This document shows, one piece after another, positions 11,643 to 24,068 of a DNA stretch of 64,000 nt. The DNA is from Takakia lepidozioides (Eukaryota; Plantae; Bryophyta). Position numbers and translations under genes: made by a program. A model generated the notes under the pieces. That model was not told the DNA's origin. It made no database searches and saw only the letters and a program-made list of their open reading frames with translations. The stretch lies in contig CM060732.1 in the NCBI GenBank assembly GCA_030704615.1, positions 46,686,001 through 46,750,000 on the forward strand, given 5' to 3'. Within the stretch, counting starts at the first letter, position 1, and every line of letters starts with the position of its first letter.

Positions 11643-14527
11643 TTAATCTATTTATTTTAAATACTAAGTGCTTTGACCAGTTGCATACATCAGAGCCATC
11701 ACATGTGGGTGACATTCTACAACACATTCGTGGTTTGTTGAGTGTATTGTATACTAGCACGATCGCTACATATTGGCCGCTCCATCACTACATGGCCACT
11801 CCTCCCTTCATAACAGCTAAAGCTCTTACCCCATGACTTCCTGGATTAAGGGCGAGGACGAAGCACAAGGGCATACTCGAAAACCCAGGAAAGTTTGAGG
11901 GTGAGAACTTGAAATTACCCTTTGCCCATGCCCAGATTGCGACAATGCCCTGGGCTGAGGATTATAATCCACAATTGGCTGTGCCAGAGCACATAATCCT
12001 GCGACAGGAAATTCCTGCTTGCGGATGGCGCTATATTTACAAAGAGAATTTTCGAGCAAGGCTTTACGATCCTTAACCTAAGCACCATTACTGCCTCCTA
12101 CAGGGCACTTCAGATGGAGTGTCTGTCTTCTCTCGACGCACAACACACAACCCTAGCCCTATGCTGCACCTCTCAAAGCACCTCAAGGAGCACTATAGTG
12201 GATGAGATTGAGCAGACGTTAAGAGATACAAAGGAAAACAGGCAAAGATAAGGAAGCAGAACATGTCCAGACCGTACGACTTCAAGCTTCAAAATACCTC
12301 CAATATACACCTAGTTTATTTGCACCTTCTGAATTTACAAGATCCTCAACAGGGTACAAAATAATAAAATACAAGGAATCATACATTTGTCAGTGACTGG
12401 CAGTACCTTGAGAAACTTCCCTCTTTGTCTACAAAACTGGGTCAAAAAATCATCGTCATCTTCCCTGAAGAAGTGCAACCGGCTGATCAGATAAAAATTT
12501 GAGCTTCAGTAGAGATGGATCGAAAGTAAAGAATGTAGAACTCTACGAATGCCATTAGCAAGGAAGAACACCCACACATCCATGGAGACAGTATTAATGC
12601 TGCTCGTCAGTGTTTCTGTAAATTATTTTGGGCACTGCACAGACGCACTCACCCCTTCATGCAGCCCACTGGCTTCCTTTCTTTTCATAGAGTATTCGTA
12701 AAAGTTTCAGACATAAATTGAGTGGAACAGAGTCCCCCTTGGTACTCATAAACGAAACCAAAATGGGAGCAATAACGGAAGTTACCAGTCATGAATGCGA
12801 TACGCTCATTTAAGACAGTCCTTTTTTACAGGCTGCAACCTCACCTATGTGTTCTGTGCCATCCTCCAAGTTCCCACCCGCACCTAACCTAGATCTAAGG
12901 CGTCCTGGAGGTCAACATTCTTAAATCAGTCGTAGATTTTTCTGTCACTCCTGATCCCGCACTCCGCATCTAGTCGAAGGGCAGGTTGGTCCGACAGATG
13001 CCGTGCTTTATGAGTTCATTACAACGTTAGCAAACGATGAAAGTTTTCTTGAAATTTTTATAAATGGAGATTACAATATTCTAGACATGCACTCTTTGGA
13101 TACAGGACAGGCAAAGCCCCATATCTGCATTGATGAGAAGCTGACGGGTATGATTTTGTTGACTAGCTTTGAAAGGAAGGCAAATTAAACGTCAGCAAAC
13201 CTGCATATTAATTAGCTGTCTACGATCTAATTCAAATCTGTTGGACTGACAAGTCACAGTTTCAATCTAGATGTGCATCATGGTCAGTGGCATTCAGCAG
13301 TGAAGAGTCAAACAAACAGAGTCTCCAACTGGCAGGACTGAGGACTGATCAGAGGAGAGGTGTAGGGGAAAAAGATTCAAGCCCTGGTCAAAGGTTTCCA
13401 ACTTCGTATCAACTGCCGAGATGCATTGACGGTTGTGTCACAGATCAGTCTTGACGTCCGTTATTCATGAAACCCAAAATTTTCATCCAGCAGTTTAGGC
13501 TAAAGTACCAAACGGGCATGCACGTGTGACCTGAGACATGAATGGGCACCTCCTGAACTTGACACAGTTGCGAAGGGATTCGCTGAAGGGTCATGATCCA
13601 GCTTGCCCTTTCCTCCAGGGTTCAACCATCTCTTTCAAATATCCCTCCTGCAAAAGTTTCTCATTGCCCTTCCTTGCAGCATGTTCCTAAGAAACGACAG
13701 GATCCAGATCTATGAAGGGGGTTGGTCCAAACCTGTAGCTCTTTCATAGCAAGTGAAGTCTACAGGTAGGGAAGAATAAATATTCTAGCCCTGGGGCTCC
13801 ACGCTGTTTCCTTTCTTCCTTCCCCACCACAATCCAAACTATATCTTCTGAGCTGTGAGGCTCAGTTATGACATTCTTGAGAAGAGATTTGAGGCAAAAG
13901 GCCTTCGTTTTGAACGGCACAATTTGCACAATTCAAAGTTTGCTGAAAACATGCCGCAATGTTATGAAGTGTCTCGCACGACAGAAGCAAGTGAGCTCAG
14001 TCCTTAGAGTCCCCCATAAAAGAGTACAACCTCCATCAAGAAAATACGACATCCATCAAACGTCTTGTGAGTTACATGGAAAACGCACTCTTCCTAAAAA
14101 CAATCTAAATGACAGAAAACCCTTCGATCTTCGACCAGCTCTCAAGTCATGACTTACGTTTCATACTTTAAAACGAATGAAAATTCCACAAGTTAAATTA
14201 GTTCAGACTTGAAGACGAATCTTGGGAGGTTTGGTTTCCAGCTATGGCTCCAGCGAGGCTGCATTTGACGTTTGAAGTGAGAACTGGTTTGATTAGTCTC
14301 AGAGTTTTTCGAGGGACAAATAATGGATTCCACATGTGTGATGTACAGCAATGCACACACATTATGTTATCCAAGAATTTGAGATTTTTGAAACATATTC
14401 AATTCACGGATTGAAACTGATGTCTGATGAATAAAGAGTTGGGGAGGGCATTTCAGTTTTACTTGTCTTTTTTTTTCAAACTTCTTGTTTGTAAAGATTG
14501 GTTCACGTTCCAATTTGCAGTTTTAAA

Positions 14528-14815
14528 GGGGCCTTGCTTGCAGAGCCCACCAAATTGAGGCCGAAGAAGCCCTGTCGAAGGTAGCCCTCCCCCTCCTTTC
14601 TATGCTTTCTCGTGGAGCCTTGGCCCCACCGCCTCATCCTAATTACTTATTTGGAAATCTCTAGAATGATCACCGCCCCACCGCCTCTCATGCCCTACTT
14701 CTATGGTCTCCTCTACACATGGCCTCACATCTTCCAACACGTACTGGCCTCCCTCCCCACTCCCTCCCCATGTGCCGCTCCATTCCTCTCCCTTTTATTT
14801 GACCTTCAGGAATAA
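14528..14815 (+). repeat. Dispersed repeat family (related copies near 16700-16975 and 49358-49640)
   Basis: All three begin with gcttgcagagcccacc and contain ctagaa motifs followed by C-rich tails; boundaries approximate. Confidence 0.55.
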
Positions 14816-16032
14816 CCCATGAATATGTAGAGCAATTTCAAATGAGCGGACTTGACCCTTACTTTGACCTATTATCATAACATACACGTGACTGCTGTAC
14901 AGAGGTTGCTTGATCAGTTGTCTTTTTGTATTTTCATTTAAATGTTTGAGATGTTTTGCTCTCCTGTACAATCACGTCATCTTCCATGGATTTTTCATTC
15001 TGCTTTGGATCTGCAAAAACTAACCATTGTCAAGATTCGGGACCCTTATTTCCTCCCGTCAGACATTTCGATAAGCTGACAAACAGGTGACTGCAAATTT
15101 GATTCAATAAGACAAACACCTCTGATGAAATGTGTACCATTTACAAGGTGCGCTCTGCATGGACATAGTACAATAGTCTGAAGCCTACGGCCAGGATAAG
15201 CAATATGTATGTACAAAGTAACACGGATGCTCCAGATAAAACAGTGGACTCGGCCTATACTAGTATTATAATAAGCCAACATAAAACTCAGTCCATTGAA
15301 AAGGTCTGAAAATCTGTCGGCTAGCCCGAAAAGACAGCTTCATACCCGTGGGTCACCTCGCGGGCATCTTATGATTTGGGGTGACATCTCCATCTACGTG
15401 TGTCTTACACTTCCAAGAACAGGATTCACTGAGCCAGTGTTTATACAACAGCTTCAGTACAAAGTATGTCAGCCATCATTTCAATTTCTAAGCTTAAATT
15501 ACACTCAAGCCGACTTTGTAACGTGACGATGCCGCGGCCGCAATCTTGAGATGGAGCTGTCTGATGAGACAAGACAATTCGTTAGGCTAGAGCACCGGCA
15601 AATCCTCAATCTGACATCTCCATACGGAGAAGAAAAACCTGATCAGCTGAGAGCTTTGGTGTCAGAAACAAATAGCGGTATGTAGAGTCAAACAGATCTG
15701 TACAGGCGCGCACAGAGATCCACAACGATGAGATCAGAGCATGGGCATGCAACAGCTCGTCGGCCCCGCTGAGATGAGATCGATGGGTGCGCAAATGTGG
15801 AGAGGTGGAGCAGGGCCCACTGCAAAGTTTTGTCGCAGGCCGTTACACCTACTCGCGCACCAACCTCGCTTGCTTGCCGGGCTGGCTCTCCTTCCCAGTC
15901 GTCCACCCCGCGCATAGATCCGCTCCCAACCACTCCCATAATTGTCAGCCCCGACTGAAAGCAAAAGTAGCGACTGGGCCCCCTCTTGACGTTTCCACAC
16001 GCTTGTCCTTCGCGCTCTCCTCATGTTCTGAC

Positions 16033-16380
16033 CTGGACATGAATCATGTTGCATCGATGGGGATATGAGTCATGTTGCATGGATACAAACATGGTACAAC
16101 GGTATGACATGAATCATGTTGCATGGATGCGGACATGAGCTAAGTTACATAAATAGAGACATGAGTCATGGTACATGAATGGGGACATGAGCTATGTTGC
16201 ATGGATAGAGACATGAGTCATGGTACCAAAATGGGGGACATGAGCAATGCTGTGGACATGAGTCATGTTACATGAATCAGGTAACATTCATAGGGACATG
16301 AGCTATGTTTTATGGTTAAAAACATGAATCATAGTGCATGGATAGGGACATGAGTCATGTTTTTTGGTCATGTTACATGT
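16033..16380. repeat. Minisatellite, unit about 27 bp
   Basis: About 12 degenerate copies of ggacatgagtcatgttgcatggata. Confidence 0.9.
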
Positions 16381-18856
16381 AGCAACCCTTGAAACCCTTG
16401 CAATCCTTGAAATAATTTTATTTAAAGGGAAAAATTTAAAAAAAAAGGAGAGGGAAAAATTTAAACCCTCTCAAAAGGGCCAAAAGGCATAACCCACAGT
16501 GAAATTATTGATTGTTCAATGGCACCCACAAGGGCATCGTTTGGTGCTTTAAAGATTCACTTGGCTTTTTCTCCAGATGTATATATATATATATATTCTT
16601 TTTTTAAAAACCCATACAGAATGGCCTTATCCCGTACTCCCCCTTACCTGTCTTTTTTGTTCATTTGAATATGGTTTAGGTTCCAACTTTACTCCTTCAA
16701 GTGGGCTGCTTGCAGAGCCCACCTAAGTGAGGTAGAGGCCTCTAGAGTTTCCGCCTTATACCCTCTATATGTACTGTCTCAAGGCAGTGGTGAAGCCTTC
16801 TAGAAGGGCCACCGCCTCGTCCTGCTTCTGGAATGCTCTAGAACTATGAGCAGTCCCACCCTCCTACTTCTATGCTACCCTCTACAGCTGTCCTTGTATT
16901 TCATCCATTCCAACAGGCCTGCCCTCCATCCCCATTGGCCAGTCCAATATTCTCCCTTTTTCCGACCTTCCCAGGATTTGGGATCCTTATTTATTTTAGG
17001 TTCTTTTCTTAAGAACATAGGGTTGTGATTTTGTCTAGAGGTCAAAGAAATTTAAAGTTGATTAGATAATTGTGTTGTCATGTACTTGTCTCCGAGCCAG
17101 TACAGGAGAAACCAGATTTTAAAAAATTTGTGAAACATTTTAAAATAGTTTTTAAATAATTGTGCTAGGGGCTAGTATATATAATGACGAATAGTTTGGG
17201 CTTTGGGGAAAATAACAACAGCTCAAAATATAGATTACATTGTGGAAAATTCTCACCCGCCGTAAGTGTAGGGTAATGGCCAGGGCATTCCCGGATTTGA
17301 GGGATGGGGCGGTAGCCCCAAGGGAAGGCCTGAAAATCCGAGAATGCCCCCCCACACAAGGGGCGTTATCCTGCATAAAGAAATAGGATGATTTCTTTTC
17401 TTTTCATCGTTCTTTTATCCTTTCTCCCCCTAGTAGTAGCTTCCTTGTGAGAAAAGATCTTGGAGGTAAAGATAAAGAAATGTCGCATGTGTGCATTTCA
17501 CACTCATGTAATGCAGGGGTAATCGTGTGGCTGGCTGTTACGCTGTACAACACGCAGAAATTTAATCAGCCCTAGTTCTTTACTCACGGAGAGGGCCCTT
17601 GCCCGCACCCCCGCCCGAACTTTCCGGAACTTTGGGCAACATCAAATCCGGCTAAAGACTTTGCTTCGGGCACATTTTTTCTCTTCCGGCAGCGCTCTGT
17701 GGCACTCGTGGTTCCACCCGTTGAAGTTTCTGGCGAATGTAGAGTTTATTTGACGACGCAAATTAATGGATGCCATCAACCCTTCATCCACGAGCAATGG
17801 TGGGCGCCAACTTGACCTGCGGTCCACAGTTGGGGCCCGCAGTTGACCGCGAGTTCACATTTCAGACGGCTGTCAACCGCGTTGACATTTTGACATCTAA
17901 AACTGTTCTCTCTGTCAGTCTACTAGATATTATATTACATCTGGGTTTTGAAAGCATCTCGATGACGTGTCGTCTAACGCTGGACGCTAGCTACATCGGG
18001 TAACCTGGGACCCTGAGCAGATTTGGTACTAACTCACCTACCTACCAGGTACCTCTCTGTGCATGGATGGAAAGCATAAAAGTTGGATGATTACAGGGAA
18101 TCGCAGGTCAACCCGGTCAACCTCAATGTTTCTCCATTAGGGCACCCTATATTTCAACAGAAAAAAAAGCGATGGCAAGGAAAGAACAAAGAACCGGCTG
18201 GCAAGTACCCACCTGGCCCTATTGTTGACACCTGTCGCCTGCCCATCTTGCTGACACCTGCCCCCTAGCTGACCGACATGCCCAATATCACACAAAAAGT
18301 TCACCGCCTCATTCTCGGTTCCAATACTCTTATTGCTCGTGTTGGAGAGAAAATAGATTACAAGAAAATTATGTACTAGGTAACCGACGATAGGGGACGT
18401 CGGTTACCGCGTGTAGCGCGGTAGCGCCGAAACTGCATCCCGTAACCGGTGGCCCCCAGCGGGTTACCGGACACCTTTTTGAGAATTCTAGAGTGGTGCT
18501 CAAAAGTTTCTCCTTGTCCCTGCCCGGTTAAGGAATTTGTCCCGGGCTGAGGGCGGCGACAGACACGACCCCAACCGAAGTTTGTGTCAAGAGAGCCTTT
18601 TACCCCCTTGCGGGTAAAGTAGCTGGCGGGGCCTCTGATATTTTACCCCTGCACCATGTGGCAAAAAACCTAGCTGGCACCTGTAGCAATGTGGCCATAT
18701 GACAGGTGGCACGTCTTGTCAGTTTTGTGGTGCGATGTGCCTCATAGTCCACCACGGGCACGTTCACCCGAAGTTTCCCGATTTTGTGCCCCATAAGTTA
18801 ATTCTTTTGTACATGTAGCTCACCCATCGCCAGAAAGAAATACGCAGTCAGACACC

Positions 18857-19262
18857 GGCGGCAGTTCTCTTCACAATATTAAAATTAAAATACACATTAT
18901 ATACATGTAATAAAAGAACCCAGTGTCAAAGCTTTGGATGTGGACGTAAGGCTTTCTGTTATAGGGTAGAGAGCCCAATAGTCGCGCAAATAGTAACTTA
19001 TTGGAGTTATTTCCTAGGGTAAAATAAGGTGAAATGAAATATTATAGTCTTTTCAGAAAGGCGGCAGTTCTCTTCACAATATTAAAATTAAAATACACAT
19101 TATATACATGTAATAAAAGAACCCAGTGTCAAAGCTTTGGATGTGGACGTAAGGCTTTCTGTTATAGGGTAGAGAGCCCAATAGTCGCGCAAATAGTAAC
19201 TTATTGGAGTTATTTCCTAGGGTAAAATAAGGTGAAATGAAATATTATAGTCTTTTCTGAAA
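18857..19262. repeat. 203-bp tandem duplication that includes the left TIR of the pogo element
   Basis: 18857-19059 is nearly identical to 19060-19262; the TIR appears at both 18964 and 19167. Confidence 0.95.
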
Positions 19263-22200
19263 GGGTTTCACCTTTTTTATGAGCTGCACTAATCTGCACC
19301 TTGAATTGGTCTTTTAATAAAAAGTTACTGGACTCTAAACATAAGGGGGTACATCTATTGAGAGATACTTTGAAAGAACTTAAACTACTCATAATTGACA
19401 GGTGCAATCACGCAAAATTCAATATAAACAGCGCAAAATAGCCCTATTATCGCGCAATCAGATTTGGACGTTGCGCAAGAAGCCCTAATGTTACGACACA
19501 TGTCAGATCTTCATCAAACTACTTTAATGCTCAAAAATCTAGATTGCATCGTGCAAACTAACAACGTTCTATCAACCTATTTCTCTCTTTCTTTGCTCTG
19601 AATGTTCTCAATTTCTGCATTCTAACAGTACGCACTACTGTGCTCCGGATCGTCGATGGCCCCAATCGTGTGGTTCTAGAGTTCAATGTTCAATGAAATC
19701 TCTAAATTTCTTCATCTCCGCTTCTTCAATTGCTTCTCGCTCAAAAGCTTCTTTAGCGAGTATTGCTTTTTGCAACTGAGCCTCTGTTCTTCTTTTCAAA
19801 GCCGCCTCACGTAGACATCTTTTCTTCAGTTTCTCTTTTTTCTTCAATTGTTGCACGTTATGGTATTCTTCCAAATGCTGCTTGAATGTCTTGCTCATTA
19901 GGAGAGCTCCAGAGCTTGTGTCCAATCCTGCTCCGCAACGAGGTGTGGCTCCAGAGCTTCTCTGCTGCATTGAACAATAAGAAGGCACCGTAAGCACAGA
20001 CTGCAAATCAACTGGAACATGAAACGATCCCATCTGTGGGGGCACATGTTGTACTTGTGTTTCAAGTAGAACTCCATCAACATTATGATCCAGGGTTTGC
20101 CTGTCATCGCATGAATTTAGGTCCACAACAGAAACCTCCATGTCGACATTCTTTTTTTCTTGTAAATGTGCATGCAGATGTTCCCCATCAACTTGTTCAT
20201 GCTCTGGTACTATTATGTATGTTCCAGAGCAATTCATGTCTTCGATCCCATATGCAAGTATGTTTTCATCGTGTATGGCCTCACAGAGAGGTACGTATGG
20301 TGATCTGCAAATCGAACCTGCGTTCTTCCATACATATAGTCGGTGGATCAAGTGGATTTTCCTCCTGCAGTGGTATGTAGGGTTTTGGAATATAGGGCTC
20401 CACCACCTCCTCATCCATCTCAACTATACCGCTTCTAAGCTGCAATACAGTGTTCACTCCATTTTCCTCGTCCACTTCCATTTCATTCACATGAATCTCT
20501 GGAGAGAAATGTGAATCAAGCTCCTCCTCTTCACTGCATGTTGTAGTCTCATACGGTTCACTTGGTCCAAATTGGCTTGCACATGCAAGTGGATTCAATG
20601 GCCATAACCCTGTTGCTCGAAATCCACTTGTAATATTGCTAGGAGTAAGGGCACGAGCCATTGCTCGATTTACTATTCTAGCCAACGCAGCTTTCTCCAA
20701 ATTCCCAACGGGATGTCAATCTGTCGTGACATTCCGTTCCAATCTAAATCCCAACTTGAAAGGTCGATAACAAGCAACATCCAAAGGTTGCAATGCATGA
20801 GAGGTATGCGGGGGTATCACAATAAGATCAAGATCCATAGCAGCGGCAGTGATCGCATCTAGACTGACGTGAGACCCATGACCGTCAACGAACAAAAGAT
20901 GGCGATTATCAAGACTTATACCTTCTGGAACAAATCATTTGAAATGTTGCAACCACCGTGAGAACAATGCAGCCGTCATCCAAGTTTTTTTTTGCATCGC
21001 CATGCCTACCTTCGGCTCACAAAAACGCACGTAGTCTTCCATTTAATGTTCTCCTTTGAAAATATAGAAGTTCGGAATATAAGTGCCGATTGCACTCATA
21101 CATACCAAGCACGTTAGCCACTCACGGTTCTCTAAAAGTGTAGTGTAGACTGCACGAGATTCTTGCAATGCTAGAACTTTTATCCCGCTTGTCCTCCCTG
21201 CCATGCACCCAGTCTCATCACAATTGTGAATATTTTGGGGTGGATATGCATGATCTACATATGTATTTGTCAGCAATTTATAAAAGTTGTCGATTTTTGC
21301 TCTCACGACAGCTGTAGCTCGACTTCTCTCTAAACCCTGGCCTGCTCGAAAGACAATTTGTGGATGTCTTTTGTGGAAGCCCCTCCACCAATGTTTGCCG
21401 GGCAAACCGTTAAGGAATGAAGTTCCTCTTATTCGAGCAGTTTCTGCTGCCTTTGATCGCAACACATCAATTGTAATACACTGACCGAGCCTCTACATTT
21501 CAAGAACCCATGAAACTAGTGCATTTTCGTCAAACTGATGGCCTCATTGGGGCCTATCCAATGGTTCCAACCATTCCTTATCATTTGCTAAAACACGCCC
21601 TCATTCCCATGCAAGAAGAACACCATGAATAGTGCACAAGAAATCAAAGGCATAGGGAGAAAACCCAATTGAGGACGAACTCCTTTTTTCTTGCTAGTAG
21701 TCTTTTAATCCAACCAACCTCTCACACTAGATTCAGGTATACCGTGTTTTCTTCCTTCTTTTCGAATAGATAATCCATGTTCACGAATATCTACTATGGC
21801 AGCCTACATACACTCCACTGTCCAAAGACCCGTAGTTGGTGTGTTCTTGGTTGCAGCACGTTTTCTACGAGCTTTCCCTGTCTGTGCACATTTGTCCGTA
21901 TTGAGAGGCTCTTCACCAATTCCTTGTGCTCTTGCTCTAGGTCCCAATACTCTCATAGTACTACGAGCTGCACGTGGAATCGTTATACCTACAGTGGTGT
22001 CTACGACTCTTCTCTTGCTGCGAGTACTAGATGCCATGCTCAAATAATACTACTAAGAGCTATAATTTGTTATGTCACACAGATCATGTCTATTCTAGTG
22101 TTAAGAATCCTTCATCTGAAACCTCAATGTACTAGAGCCACATACACTCATTCCCATGTTTGATCAAATCTCCATCTGGACATTGACAAATACGTGCCCT

Positions 22201-22755
22201 CTCTTTTAATGCATCAACTATAGACAATTTCCCTTTCAGCTTCCATTCACAAACACAATGCGCAGTGTAAATGTACTGACCATCTAGTGTAGTATCATGC
22301 AATCTACACACCAACAGAAGTATTTGGCTCCTGCCATCTTCACTGTGCATCATGTTGTATGAAACATGTCTCATCTAGCTTTGTTCGAAAGGATGATCAT
22401 CTCTCAAGTGGATGGCGGGCTTTTCCATAGTAGCAGAGTAGCAGACTGTTCAAATTTTGAAAGAGTGGCGCTAGTTGGGAATACAAATTCTAGACGGGCT
22501 GTCAGGATGCTTTGAAATACTTCATACCAAAATCTGCGGCTGGGGATTGTGATCATGTGCAATTATAATAGCCAATGAAAGCTATGGAGGCATTTATAAT
22601 CACAAGGTCTCTGTGCGTGAGCATACGTGGATTGTGCGTAACCATAGGGCCCACTCTGCGTAAGAAGCTGGTCACGTTTGCGTGAGAAATGGTGTAGGGT
22701 GCGGGGCTTTGGTTGCGCGATTCAATGACATGTGGGGTAATTGGGCTCTCTACCC
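19167..22755 (-). mobile_element. pogo/Fot1-type (IS630-Tc1-mariner superfamily) DNA transposon, inactivated
   Basis: Perfect 16-bp TIRs GGGTAGAGAGCCCAAT with TA on both sides. The minus-strand transposase relic (about 21530-19683) has CENP-B-type HTH residues (GKHWWRGFHKRHP), NCDETG and LLFVDGHGSH...PPHTSHALQPLD (34 residues between the last two Asp), broken by in-frame TAA/TGA stops. Confidence 0.9.
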
Positions 22756-24068
22756 TATGTAGGCAACAAAGAGAACTAGCAACATAGTGTAAATGGCATA
22801 CACCACCTTTTTTCTTTTTTACCTTTTTTGGATGGAATGGAACCCATGAACTGAATTAAAGGCTGGAAAAAATAACCACAAGGAGGCCTTGACGAGTTAC
22901 AAGGGGAAATTAGCAATGGGGAGGTTACTTTGAAGGAGCTTGATTTTCTCCTCTCAACTTGGTACTTATTTGAGGTACTATATAACTTTCTTATGGTACC
23001 TATTCCATGTTTTGGAGGCCTTGGAGCCGGAGATAGAGTAGAGCCCTCCCCTACTTTATATAACTTAGCCTCTGGGGTGAAGAGACATCATAATTTATGC
23101 TCCCTTGGGGAGGCATCAAATATTTAAATATTTATTTGTACCATCTCAGGGCGGCATGTCCAGCCCTATGAAGCCCACATTGGAGCTTCTAGAAGGCTAG
23201 TCCACACCCCCTGTCCAAAGACCAAACTCGACGCCTCGACACACGTCGTCCTCCCTTGCACCTCCCTATTGTCGCTCCCACCGTCTCTAGCTGTTGGGTG
23301 CTTATAGCCATTGCTTCATTTTTTTTTTAAATTATTTATTTTCCCACTTTTTGTAGTATACATTATTTTTATCTTTATTTTGGGCATTATAATTTCTGAA
23401 GTGGGAACTGGGAACCTAAGTTTCAGCTTGCCAGATTGTAAGTTGACGTGGTGCTGACAAAGCGAGATGGAGAAAGTTTTTTTCTCGTCACGAAAAACTA
23501 TTGGGCAGACGGGCAGGATGAAAAACTTAAAGGTTTGTTTGTGTAACGTTGGGCTGGCCTGCCATGAGGAATGATAGCTGTGATGACCCGGGGAAGAAGA
23601 GAGAGTAAGTTGACGCGGCAGGACCGGAGCACAAGTCGTGGTCAACGAGGGTTGACCAGTCCGTCCCCCCTATATTATGCCGCCCTGCGCTCACTCTCTC
23701 TCATTCCAGCCCTCCCATCACTTCTCTTCCCCACCCGCTCTCCACCACAGTCCAGAGCTCGATCAACAGCTCTTTGAAGATTTTCCTGCAGCTCACTGAC
23801 ATTTCAGCGTTTGAACTGCGAATTCTACATCTGTTCTCTATTTTCAGCTGCCTGCATCACCAACATCTGTCTCTAGGACTTGTATGATAAATAAAGTGAC
23901 TGTTCTGCAGGCTTTGGAATACTCATAGATCTATCTCTCTAGAAAACGGGGATCGAGATATTCTCTGTTTGAGAAGTACAATTTGGGCATTGAAAACAGA
24001 ACCTGTTGATCAAGAGTGAGTGACAGGCCATAGATTCGACAGATCGGGTCTTCACCCAACAGCATAAT

